DNA from: a virus
Length of the DNA: 64,000 nt
IMG/VR virus record: IMGVR_UViG_3300042197_004918
Location: 32,001 to 96,000 of that record
Strand: one strand, 5' to 3'
The position numbers and the translations under genes are program-made. Positions within the stretch are counted from its first letter, which is position 1; each line of letters starts with the position of its first letter. Below are positions 9,190 to 17,946 of this stretch, one piece after another. The notes under the pieces are model-generated. The model did no database searches. It was not told where the DNA came from and saw only the letters and a program-made list of their open reading frames with translations.

Positions 9190-10510
9190 TTTTTTTGAAT
9201 ACGACAATCCGGAGGTAGAGTGTAAATATAGAATTTTGGTGTGGCCAAACATAACCTACTCCGAGGATTTGGAGAAGGATTCCTACGTGGTAGTGTTGTC
9301 AAACGTCATTCGTGAAGTCAACAAGATGGTTCCGGGAATATTTTGGTCTATAGTCACACCAAAAGAAGTCAAGAGTTTGAAATTCCCAAACACAGAACAA
9401 CTCATATTGGATTTTCCGACGTATCCAAATTCGATGAGGATAAATTTCGACTTCAAGAAAGTGATGAACCTTGTCGATTGGCGGAAAAACGATTACGACA
9501 TCATTTACAGCCATTTGCCAGAACACACGCTTCAACTTTCAAACCTCTTCAACAACCAGACTAATATACGTCCCAAGTTTTTGGGATACTGTCATTGGTA
9601 TGAAGTAGAGGAAAACACTGCCTACGAGAAGAACGTGTTTATGAACAACATCGCGGGAACTCTTGAAATGCAAGAGTGTGGGGTGAACTCGAACTGGCTG
9701 AAGAACCTCATTCTAAAGAAGGCTTCCAAATTCTACTCTGATTCTGTGTTGAAAGACTTGGAGAGAATAATTCAGCCTCACTATCTCGGAACGGATGTAG
9801 ATTTCGGAAACAATACGAACTTGATTCATAAATCCATTCTTTTCAACCACCGACCAAATGAGTATACGGGTTGGAATGAGTTTTTGAAATCAATGGATAA
9901 GTTATACGAAACTCGTCAAGACTTCACTGTGTATGTGACTCTTGCGGAAGTCGAACGGCCCTACATCAAGAAAGTGTGCCTCAATCGTAAAGACTACACG
10001 AATTTCTTAAAACAGATGCACGTTGGAGTTGGGTTCTTCAAAGACTACAGCGCATGGTCTATTTCCGCTACGGATGGGATGAGCCGTGGACTTCCATATC
10101 TTCTGCCTAAAAGACTTTGTTATCCCGAAATGGTTGGTGAGGATTATCCGTTGTTCTTCACAACCGACGCAGACTTTCTTTCAAAAATTGGAACCATTCT
10201 CGACGACCCTACCTTTAGAAAGACCCATACGGAAACTCTAAAATCCGTGGTTACAGACCTCTCGTGGAATAACACGGTCAAGGAGTGGTTTGGTGGGTGG
10301 AATGTCTTTGAGTTCGACAAACTCACCAAGGATACTCCTAGATACAATGATATTTTAAAATTGATAAAGACCAAAGGGTTTGTGTCAAAAGAAACCTTGA
10401 TGGATTTCCTCGGTTGGGGTGTCAATATCTCCATGTCTCCTTATAGAAATAGACTCCGAGACGAACCAAATATAACCCTCTTAAAGTCCGGTTATCAATA
10501 TAATAATTGA
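9182..10510 (+). CDS. GT-B (GT4-like) glycosyltransferase with C-terminal HTH-like domain; candidate DNA glycosyltransferase
   Basis: SHLPEH, ILFNHR, WSISATDG..GLPYL and YPEM motifs; extra C-terminal ~55 aa helical domain; begins MSDFFE. Confidence 0.75.
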   Translation: MSDFFEYDNPEVECKYRILVWPNITYSEDLEKDSYVVVLSNVIREVNKMVPGIFWSIVTPKEVKSLKFPNTEQLILDFPTYPNSMRINFDFKKVMNLVDWRKNDYDIIYSHLPEHTLQLSNLFNNQTNIRPKFLGYCHWYEVEENTAYEKNVFMNNIAGTLEMQECGVNSNWLKNLILKKASKFYSDSVLKDLERIIQPHYLGTDVDFGNNTNLIHKSILFNHRPNEYTGWNEFLKSMDKLYETRQDFTVYVTLAEVERPYIKKVCLNRKDYTNFLKQMHVGVGFFKDYSAWSISATDGMSRGLPYLLPKRLCYPEMVGEDYPLFFTTDADFLSKIGTILDDPTFRKTHTETLKSVVTDLSWNNTVKEWFGGWNVFEFDKLTKDTPRYNDILKLIKTKGFVSKETLMDFLGWGVNISMSPYRNRLRDEPNITLLKSGYQYNN

Positions 10511-10539
10511 TAATCTAATCTTTTCTAATCTTTTCTAAT
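10511..10539 (+). repeat. 10-bp-period direct repeat (CTAAT x3), candidate operator
   Basis: taatctaatcttttctaatcttttctaat immediately upstream of the RHH gene. Confidence 0.55.
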
Positions 10540-10563
10540 GTAGACCAATATGTATGGTGCATA

Positions 10564-10743
10564 ATGGTTACAGAAGAAGAAAAAACTTCAATACAAGTCT
10601 CGGTTTCAATCCGAGATCTTCTTCGGGAATTTTGTGACGAAAACGGATTCAAAATGAATCGTTTCGTCGAAAAAGCCATCCTACAAGCCATCTCAGGAAG
10701 TTACAGAATATCAAATTATGAAAATGACAAAAGCACAAGCTGA
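10564..10743 (+). CDS. ribbon-helix-helix DNA-binding protein (59 aa, not in ORF track)
   Basis: Translated by hand: MVTEEEKTSIQVSVSIRDLLREFCDENGFKMNRFVEKAILQAI..., strand-helix-G-helix pattern. Confidence 0.7.
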   Translation: MVTEEEKTSIQVSVSIRDLLREFCDENGFKMNRFVEKAILQAISGSYRISNYENDKSTS

Positions 10744-10903
10744 AGCGAAGGTCTACGAACTAACCGAATCTCTTCTCATAACTAAGCGAGATCAAAAAGA
10801 CGTTAATTCTGGTTACAAGGAAAAGATTAAGGACATCGAGTCTGAGATTAAAGCCATAATCGAAGAATATGACTCAACAGGTTCGGCACCAGCAAAACCA
10901 TAA
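10718..10903 (+). CDS. small coiled-coil hypothetical protein
   Basis: 61-aa ORF in operon. Confidence 0.65.
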   Translation: MKMTKAQAEAKVYELTESLLITKRDQKDVNSGYKEKIKDIESEIKAIIEEYDSTGSAPAKP

Positions 10904-10909
10904 TTATCT

Positions 10910-11464
10910 ATGAAAAAGAAAAAGATACTACTCTTATCAGACGACCTCCGAATGTTTAGTGGCGTCGCGTGCCAGTCTCGTGAAATTGTTTTGAACACTA
11001 TCCATCACTATGATTGGGTTCAAATTGCAGGTGCTATCCATCACCCAGAGGCCAACAAGATAGTTGATATGTCACAGGCGGCAGCGGAATACGCGAAGAC
11101 TAAGAAGGAAGAAACATATCTTAAACTTTATCCGGTTGATGGATACGGTAACGAAGATATGTTGCTGTCAGTTATGGATATGGAAAAGCCGGATGCTTTG
11201 ATGCACTTCACCGACCCTCGTTTTTGGGGATGGTTGTATCAGATTGAGAGAAAGATTAGACAGAAGATTCCATTGACGTATCTAAATATTTGGGATGACC
11301 TACCATATCCAATGTGGAACCGGCCATTTTATGAGAGCTGTGACTCATTGTTCAGCATCAGCAAGCAGACCATGAACATCAACAAGTGGGTATTGGGGCC
11401 CGAAAACTGTCGTTTAATCGAAGGTGATCTTGACAAGGACGGAAATTTGGTTAAACTCCAATAA
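10910..11464 (+). CDS. glycosyltransferase (GT4), N-terminal domain half
   Basis: KILLLSDD..SGVA, EKPDALMHFTDPRFW, WDDLPYP, SISKQT; lacks donor-binding domain. Confidence 0.8.
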   Translation: MKKKKILLLSDDLRMFSGVACQSREIVLNTIHHYDWVQIAGAIHHPEANKIVDMSQAAAEYAKTKKEETYLKLYPVDGYGNEDMLLSVMDMEKPDALMHFTDPRFWGWLYQIERKIRQKIPLTYLNIWDDLPYPMWNRPFYESCDSLFSISKQTMNINKWVLGPENCRLIEGDLDKDGNLVKLQ

Positions 11465-11467
11465 GTT

Positions 11468-11815
11468 ATGGAAACCATTGCAGAAAAAAACCTAAAATCA
11501 GTTATAGAACTCTACACTTGTTCGAGACAAGTCGGACATACCACCGCCGTAGTCGCCGCTGCTGAGGCTTGTGGTGCCGTAGTCGTGGTTCATAATGAGA
11601 GGATGAGAAGTCACATCGAAGATATGTCAGAGGAATATATCTCTACTGTATCCATAGATTCTCTGGACAAGTTGAGGGGTGTTTCTAAAGCAGTGGTGTT
11701 TGATAACGCGGCCATATTAGTCTTGGCCCAAGACTCTCTTCAAGAGATAAATAGACTTAATAGAATAATCTCAAAACTAAAACAGAACATTCAGTTTCAG
11801 TTGGACCAGGTCTGA
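11468..11815 (+). CDS. hypothetical protein with degenerate P-loop
   Basis: RQVGHTT (Walker A Lys replaced by His), LRG..AVVFDN. Confidence 0.55.
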   Translation: METIAEKNLKSVIELYTCSRQVGHTTAVVAAAEACGAVVVVHNERMRSHIEDMSEEYISTVSIDSLDKLRGVSKAVVFDNAAILVLAQDSLQEINRLNRIISKLKQNIQFQLDQV

Positions 11816-11819
11816 ACCT

Positions 11820-11987
11820 ATGAAAAAACACTCTGTAGAAATGACTATAACCGATTCGTGTGGAAAAAAGTTGACGGGAACAATGGAATCTGACGCAATT
11901 TCCAAATTAAAGGAACTTCATGGATTGGATGGAACATCTGAGATGTATGAGGTTTTGATGGAAGAATTAAATTCAAACGAAAAGTAA
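11820..11987 (+). CDS. small hypothetical protein (55 aa, not in ORF track)
   Basis: Hand translation MKKHSVEMTITDSCGKK...NSNEK; fills the gap between neighbours. Confidence 0.55.
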   Translation: MKKHSVEMTITDSCGKKLTGTMESDAISKLKELHGLDGTSEMYEVLMEELNSNEK

Positions 11988-11990
11988 AAT

Positions 11991-12308
11991 ATGCCACTAA
12001 TAGAATCTACACTTAAACGTCTGATGGGAACCAAAGAAGAAGTATCGGGTTGGTTCGACCGAGCGCGTGAGTCGTATGCCAAAACGATGTTTACCAAATC
12101 AACCGCATTGGACGACACCGAACTAGGTTCTCCCTACGCACAGTTGGACCAGATAAATGGTCAGGAGAAAAAACAAGGATTGGTCTTTTACATGACCGCA
12201 AAAAAGAAGTCTGACGACTTTCTTCCCGGACGAATTCCTGATATAGAGGTGAGACTAGAATCCGTATTCGTATCGTTGCTTGAAACATCTATACCGAACC
12301 CAGAATAA
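11991..12308 (+). CDS. hypothetical protein
   Basis: 105-aa ORF tightly packed in operon. Confidence 0.6.
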   Translation: MPLIESTLKRLMGTKEEVSGWFDRARESYAKTMFTKSTALDDTELGSPYAQLDQINGQEKKQGLVFYMTAKKKSDDFLPGRIPDIEVRLESVFVSLLETSIPNPE

Positions 12309-12312
12309 ATTT

Positions 12313-13293
12313 ATGCCAATCAAAGGAAAACATCTACTACATTATTTGCCACACGGAATTAACGGCACGGTTTTTAAACCGTTGCCAGATAACGACCCGT
12401 CGGTGGTTAAACTTCGCAAGAACGTCTTCAAAGACAAGGAATATGATTTCATGTTCTTTTATAACAGCCGAAACATAAATCGGAAGAGAACGGCCAACAT
12501 CATGTTGGCCTTCAGAACATTCTGTGACAATCTCCCGAAGGAGAAATCCGACAAGTGTATTTTGGTATTACATACCGAAAAGGTGTTGGATGCTGGAACA
12601 GATTTGAACGCGTGCGGCGAAGCGTTCCTCACGGGAATCAACCACATTGTTCTTGAAAACAGATATTCTCCGGAAGAAATGAATATCCTCTACAACATGG
12701 CCGATGTGACAATTAACGTGAGTTCAAATGAAGGTTTCGGTCTTAGCGTAGCTGAGTCAATTATGAGTGGAACTCCTGTGATTGTAAATGTCACCGGAGG
12801 ACTTCAAGACCAAATCGGTCAAGTGGACGACGAGGGGAAGCCGGTGGAATTCTCCAGAGACTTTGGCTCCAATAACGTCCGTAAGTATTCACGTCATGGA
12901 ATTTGGGCAAAACCAGTCTGGCCCGTAACACGAGTTATACAGGGTTCCCCGCCGACACCATACATCTTCGATGACTTGTGTAAGTGGGAAGACGTAGCCG
13001 ACGCCATGATGTATTGGTATACCGCCGGAAAGACGAAGTGCTCAGAATGCGGAGCCGTGGGGAGAGAGTGGGCACTCGGCGAAGGTGGACTCAACCATCT
13101 AAACCTGGCCGACCAGTTTATAAAGGCCATGGATTTCACGTTAGAAAACTTCACTCCACGTTCGAGGTTCAGTCTTCATACCGATTCCGAATATGTGGGT
13201 CACAAGATGCCAGGTAATAGCATGGGATGTGATATTCCAAAGATAGATGTTGATAAAATACACAACGAGTTGAGAGAGAGTAAAATAACTTGA
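12313..13293 (+). CDS. glycosyltransferase (GT4), C-terminal domain half
   Basis: YLPHGIN, NSRNINRKR, EGFGLSVAES, TGGLQDQ; start set to ATG 12313. Confidence 0.85.
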   Translation: MPIKGKHLLHYLPHGINGTVFKPLPDNDPSVVKLRKNVFKDKEYDFMFFYNSRNINRKRTANIMLAFRTFCDNLPKEKSDKCILVLHTEKVLDAGTDLNACGEAFLTGINHIVLENRYSPEEMNILYNMADVTINVSSNEGFGLSVAESIMSGTPVIVNVTGGLQDQIGQVDDEGKPVEFSRDFGSNNVRKYSRHGIWAKPVWPVTRVIQGSPPTPYIFDDLCKWEDVADAMMYWYTAGKTKCSECGAVGREWALGEGGLNHLNLADQFIKAMDFTLENFTPRSRFSLHTDSEYVGHKMPGNSMGCDIPKIDVDKIHNELRESKIT

Positions 13294-13317
13294 ATCCAAC
13301 ACATTAGTTGGTAATAT
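13290..13317 (+). promoter_or_regulatory. sigma70-type promoter, leaderless
   Basis: TTGAAT-16 bp-TAATAT with TGn; ATG 7 nt downstream. Confidence 0.55.
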
Positions 13318-13324
13318 ATCACAG

Positions 13325-13990
13325 ATGATACTACAAGTTTTAAAGAATGACACGTTTCTGGTCGAACCGTTATTACCTACTCGTGGGACAGAGAAATCCA
13401 CTGGGTATGACATAAAGGCCATATCTGAACCAGAAATAGTCGGTGTGAAAGATGCCGATAAAGAGTATTACTCTGAATATTACTCCTCGATAGATTATAT
13501 CCAATATAGGACTGGGTTGTTTGTTTCACCAAAATCCTCCACGAGCTTTACTCCGTTTGGAAACGATGTCGTTGAGTATGACATTCTATTGATGCCTAGG
13601 TCATCTATATCAAAATACAATTTATCCCTTGCAAATTCCGTGGGCCTCATAGACACTGATTATAGAAACGAAATCTTAGTTAGATTCAACTATATTTGGC
13701 AGCCGGAAGATTACACCGTCATCAATGGTAGGATTTTTGGAAAACCAAATCTTTCTAAAATCTACAAACGTGGAGACGCGGTGGCTCAGATTAAAGTCAC
13801 CGTGGTTGAGAGGGTAACTTTTCATCTAACCGATTCGTTAGATTCTACCACTCGGACCGGAGGATTTGGGAGCACTGATTCCAGTGCAAAGGAAACATTG
13901 CTCGAAAAGTTTAACTTAAAAACGCAAGAGTCAGCCGTATCTAAGAGATATTTGGACAACATCAAAGAAAGAGAAAAACAGTTTATATGA
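13325..13990 (+). CDS. dut: trimeric dUTPase
   Basis: TGYDI, PRSS, GLIDTDYR, AQI and RTGGFGST motifs. Confidence 0.9.
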   Translation: MILQVLKNDTFLVEPLLPTRGTEKSTGYDIKAISEPEIVGVKDADKEYYSEYYSSIDYIQYRTGLFVSPKSSTSFTPFGNDVVEYDILLMPRSSISKYNLSLANSVGLIDTDYRNEILVRFNYIWQPEDYTVINGRIFGKPNLSKIYKRGDAVAQIKVTVVERVTFHLTDSLDSTTRTGGFGSTDSSAKETLLEKFNLKTQESAVSKRYLDNIKEREKQFI

Positions 13991-15312
13991 ACAAACCATT
14001 ATGTATTTTACAGTCAGCATTATTCACCCGTAGTGGATACGGTGAATGGTCATTAGCGATGGCTAAATCGTTGCTTAGATACGGTAAGTTGGATTTGAAG
14101 ATCGTCCCTACTCGTTGGGGAGGATGTCCGTCCAAGACGTCGCTTTCCGACATGGAGACTCCTGAGGACATCGAATTGTTTAATCGTATTCTTCGACAGC
14201 CGTTACAAAAGCAGCCGGAAGTATTCATTCAAATGACTATTCCAAACGAATATCAGGCCCCCGCAAAGGTGAATATTGGTATGACCGCTGGAATTGAAAC
14301 CACAGTTCCACCGGGAGAGTGGATAGAGGGGATGAACCGGATGACGGCGAATTTCGTTTTATCCAATTTCGTCAAGGATGTGTTTCAAAAAACGGTATTG
14401 ACAAAACAAAACCCAAATGGGACGAAAGAAGAGATTAAACTGAAGAAACCCATCGAAGTAGTCAACTGGGGCGCAGACACATCCATCTATAAAAAGACGG
14501 ACGAGAAGTGTCCAACCTTAGATTCAGAACTTTCTGCGGTAAAGGAAGATTTTTGCTTTTTATTCGTAGGACAGTGGACGCACAGCAATGGATTGTTCAG
14601 TGACAGAAAAGACATCGGAATGTTGATTAAGACGTTCTGTGAAGCCTTCGCGAATCAGAAGAACAAGCCTGCTCTCATACTTAAAACCAGTGGAGTAGCG
14701 TTCTCTCAGGTAGATAAACACGAGTGTCTACGGAGGATAAACGCTATTAAGGCCACTGTCCAGGGTGACCTTCCAAACGTGTATCTTCTTCACGGAGAAT
14801 TGTCCGATGTCGAAATGAACGCACTATTCAATCACGAGAAGGTCAAGTGCCACGTAAGCTTCACTCACGGTGAGGGCTACGGCCATCCACTTTTACTGGC
14901 CTCTTTGAGCGGTAAACCGATAATGGCGTCGGATTGGAGTGGACATTTGGATTTCTTGAACAGAGACAATTCCTATCTTCTCCCAGGAGAAATCAAACCG
15001 GTCAGAGGAGATTCTGTAAATCAGTGGATAATCAGAGAATCGTCTTGGTTCCATGTAAACTATGAGAAAGCCAAGGAAAAGTTGAGAGGAATGGTCACGA
15101 ACTATGACAAACTAACTGAGAAAGCACTCGTAGCAAGCATAGTAAACAAAGATAAGTTCAGCAAGGAAGCGATAGACGTCCAATTCCATGCTATGTTGGA
15201 TAAATACATTCCGGAGTTTCCAACTACTAGCCAGATTGTTCTTCCGAAGTTGAAAAAACTTGAACTTCCTACGTTGAAGAAGATAGAATTGCCAACTTTG
15301 AAGAAAGTGTAA
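13987..15312 (+). CDS. GT4 glycosyltransferase
   Basis: RSGYG, FLFVGQW, DRKD, GEGYGHPLL and WSGHLDF motifs; C-terminal LPxLKK x3. Confidence 0.85.
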   Translation: MNKPLCILQSALFTRSGYGEWSLAMAKSLLRYGKLDLKIVPTRWGGCPSKTSLSDMETPEDIELFNRILRQPLQKQPEVFIQMTIPNEYQAPAKVNIGMTAGIETTVPPGEWIEGMNRMTANFVLSNFVKDVFQKTVLTKQNPNGTKEEIKLKKPIEVVNWGADTSIYKKTDEKCPTLDSELSAVKEDFCFLFVGQWTHSNGLFSDRKDIGMLIKTFCEAFANQKNKPALILKTSGVAFSQVDKHECLRRINAIKATVQGDLPNVYLLHGELSDVEMNALFNHEKVKCHVSFTHGEGYGHPLLLASLSGKPIMASDWSGHLDFLNRDNSYLLPGEIKPVRGDSVNQWIIRESSWFHVNYEKAKEKLRGMVTNYDKLTEKALVASIVNKDKFSKEAIDVQFHAMLDKYIPEFPTTSQIVLPKLKKLELPTLKKIELPTLKKV

Positions 15313-15313
15313 A

Positions 15314-15985
15314 ATGAATGATGTCATAATATCTTATCTGGTTACGTGTAAGAACGAAGGGGAACAGCTTAGGGATCTTTTACGAGTTCTATCGAATTAC
15401 AGTCTGGGTTGTGAGTGCGTCATCCTCGATGATTACACTGACCACGAACTCACCCGAGCGGTGCTTAACGAAACTAAGAACGACCCGTTTTTTAGAATAG
15501 AATTACACCACCTAAATAAGAATTATTCGGAACACAAGAATTACGGAAAGTCTCTCTGTAGAGGCAAATGGGTGTTTCAGATTGACGCCGATGAAATTCC
15601 TTCCGAGACATTGCTCCAGAATTTGCAGGAAATACTCCTTTCAAATGAAAGTGTGGAATTGTTTTGGCTTCCACGGATAAACAACTTCATCGGAGTGACC
15701 GACGCCCATGCGAAGCAGTGGGGATGGAATATAAACAATCCTAATAAGTGGGTAAACTGGAACAACGGAGATTATCAAGGTAGACTTTTCAAAAATCTCC
15801 CTCACTTGGAGTGGAAGCGACCGCTGCACGAAAAAATAGAAGGGTTCAGGGTAGAATCTTGGTTTCCGAAAGAAGAAGACTTCGCGTTGATTCACACGAA
15901 GACAATAGAGAAACAGATAGAGACTAATTTGGGTTACAACAAAAATTTCAGTGAAGAGTTGAATAAGGGGCATAACCTAAAATGA
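15314..15985 (+). CDS. GT2 glycosyltransferase
   Basis: CKNE, ILDD, QIDADE, PRIN, LHE motifs. Confidence 0.85.
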   Translation: MNDVIISYLVTCKNEGEQLRDLLRVLSNYSLGCECVILDDYTDHELTRAVLNETKNDPFFRIELHHLNKNYSEHKNYGKSLCRGKWVFQIDADEIPSETLLQNLQEILLSNESVELFWLPRINNFIGVTDAHAKQWGWNINNPNKWVNWNNGDYQGRLFKNLPHLEWKRPLHEKIEGFRVESWFPKEEDFALIHTKTIEKQIETNLGYNKNFSEELNKGHNLK

Positions 15986-16452
15986 ACGACAACAAGGTGA
16001 GATATTTACAAGAGACTCGTTGCCACGTCCGATCCGTGCAACTGTATCTAAGCGAGTTCTCAGGAGAGCTTTACCGCAGGGGAATCCTTCACGACAATTC
16101 AAAGTTTTATGAACCAGAGTTGACGGGATTTTCTGAAAACATAGACAACGTTCCGAATATTGTTTATGGGAGCGAAGAACACTCCAGGAAATTGCTGGAG
16201 ATGAAGCCTATTATAGATGTTCATCACGAAGAAAACCGACACCACCCGGAACACTGGGATAACGGTGTGGATGATATGTCATTGTTGGATATAATCGAGA
16301 TGTTGATTGATTGGAAGTGTGCATCGCAACGATACAAAGATGGAAGCCTACGAAAGTCGGTAGACATAAATTGTGAAAAATATAACATATCCCCACAACT
16401 CAAAAAGATACTCTTGAATACGATTCGAGATCATTTCCCGGAGGACGCGTGA
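15982..16452 (+). CDS. DUF5662-like HD-fold protein
   Basis: HDNSK, HH..NRHHPEH and EMLIDW motifs. Confidence 0.7.
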   Translation: MNDNKVRYLQETRCHVRSVQLYLSEFSGELYRRGILHDNSKFYEPELTGFSENIDNVPNIVYGSEEHSRKLLEMKPIIDVHHEENRHHPEHWDNGVDDMSLLDIIEMLIDWKCASQRYKDGSLRKSVDINCEKYNISPQLKKILLNTIRDHFPEDA

Positions 16453-17198
16453 AAACTTTGATTTACACCACAGCAATAGACTCCGATTCAACGAAGGTCA
16501 AGAACTCTGATTACAGCAGTTATGGTATCAAGAGTTGGGAACGTTGGTGTAACAAAAACCACATAGACTTTCATGTGATTCGTGACAATCATCCTAGATA
16601 TAAGTTCCCGGTTTGGAATAAGGACAGGATTTTCGAGATAGTCGGTGACACTTATGATAAGATTGGATATGTTGATTCCGACACGATTGTTAAATGGGAT
16701 TGCCCGAATCCGTTCGACCTCTACACCGATGAGTTCTGTGGTGTTAAGGAGATAAGCTCCCTCCGATGGATTTACAATTCAATACAATCGTATGGACACT
16801 TCTATAAGGGGGGTGTTGAACTACCACTCGATGAATACATAAACAGTGGGGTGGTATTCTTTAATAAAGAACACCGTTATATCTACGACGAACTGATAGA
16901 ACTCTACATCAAGAACCAAAGTGAACTGGATACCATAAAAGGTGTAGGGAAGGTCCAAACATTGCTTAACCTGTGTCTTAAAAAGAACCGGGTAAAACAG
17001 AAATATCTTGATGACCGATGGAATCTCTTCTCTATTCACAAGAAGAATATGTTCACTCACAACTGGCAATTGAATGAAGATATGGAACCGTTTTTTGTAA
17101 AGTATGCATATATCTGGCATTTTACCGGATTCCCAATCGAAAGTAGAACGGAAGTTATGAGAAAAGTATGGGAGGGATTTGAAAATCGTTATGAATAA
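16449..17198 (+). CDS. GT-A (GT8-like) glycosyltransferase
   Basis: YVDSDT (DxD), INSGV, QTLLN, WHFTG. Confidence 0.75.
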   Translation: MKTLIYTTAIDSDSTKVKNSDYSSYGIKSWERWCNKNHIDFHVIRDNHPRYKFPVWNKDRIFEIVGDTYDKIGYVDSDTIVKWDCPNPFDLYTDEFCGVKEISSLRWIYNSIQSYGHFYKGGVELPLDEYINSGVVFFNKEHRYIYDELIELYIKNQSELDTIKGVGKVQTLLNLCLKKNRVKQKYLDDRWNLFSIHKKNMFTHNWQLNEDMEPFFVKYAYIWHFTGFPIESRTEVMRKVWEGFENRYE

Positions 17199-17946
17199 CA
17201 TCGTCTTCATAATAAACGTAAAGAACGCCGGAAAACCAAAGCCGGAGTATGACCTTTCTATAAAGAGTTGGAAGAAGTTCTGTGAAAAACACGGTCACGA
17301 ACTATTCGTTCTGGATTCTCCGATTGTAGACCAAGAACAAATGGGCATAATCTGGCAGAGATACTTCCTATTTGATTTGTTGGATCACAATCAGATAAAA
17401 TACAATCAGATTTTGATAGTTGATGCGGATACGATTGTTCATCCACAGTGTCCAGATTTCTTTGAATTTACCGAGAACAAATACACTCTCGTTAAAGATG
17501 ACGGTGACTATGATTGGATACTTCGGTCTATGGAGAACTACAAGAAATTTGTATTTCCAGACGAACCGATGTTCGAGTGGTTTAATTACTACAACAGCGG
17601 ATTCCAGATAGTTAACTCGACCCACCGACCTTTTTTTGACACAATGCGTGGATTTTATGCGGAAAACCACGAAGCGATACGTTGGTGTCAAAAGACATTT
17701 GGTGTAGGAACTGACCAAACTCCACTTAATTTTCTTTTAAGACGTGAGAAGGTGGAGATTAAAGAATTGTCATATAAATACAATTGTGTTTGCCTAAATA
17801 AGAAGGAAGTGTTAGACTCCGATATGTTACATACTAAGGTAGCACACGTTATGCATTTTAACGGGCTGCCGGATAAGGATAAAAGTGTTCCGTATTGGAT
17901 GGAACTAACTTACAACCATTTATATGAAGATAGGAATAGTAGGTAG
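17191..17946 (+). CDS. GT-A (GT8-like) glycosyltransferase, tandem paralog
   Basis: VDADT, YNSG, DQTPLN, MHFNG. Confidence 0.75.
   Translation: MNNIVFIINVKNAGKPKPEYDLSIKSWKKFCEKHGHELFVLDSPIVDQEQMGIIWQRYFLFDLLDHNQIKYNQILIVDADTIVHPQCPDFFEFTENKYTLVKDDGDYDWILRSMENYKKFVFPDEPMFEWFNYYNSGFQIVNSTHRPFFDTMRGFYAENHEAIRWCQKTFGVGTDQTPLNFLLRREKVEIKELSYKYNCVCLNKKEVLDSDMLHTKVAHVMHFNGLPDKDKSVPYWMELTYNHLYEDRNSR

Noticed and set aside
11465-12312. Self-splicing intron interrupting the GT
   Set aside because: Interval is filled by three tightly packed ORFs with no room for a ribozyme core and no homing nuclease or RT; RT-PCR would be needed for full exclusion
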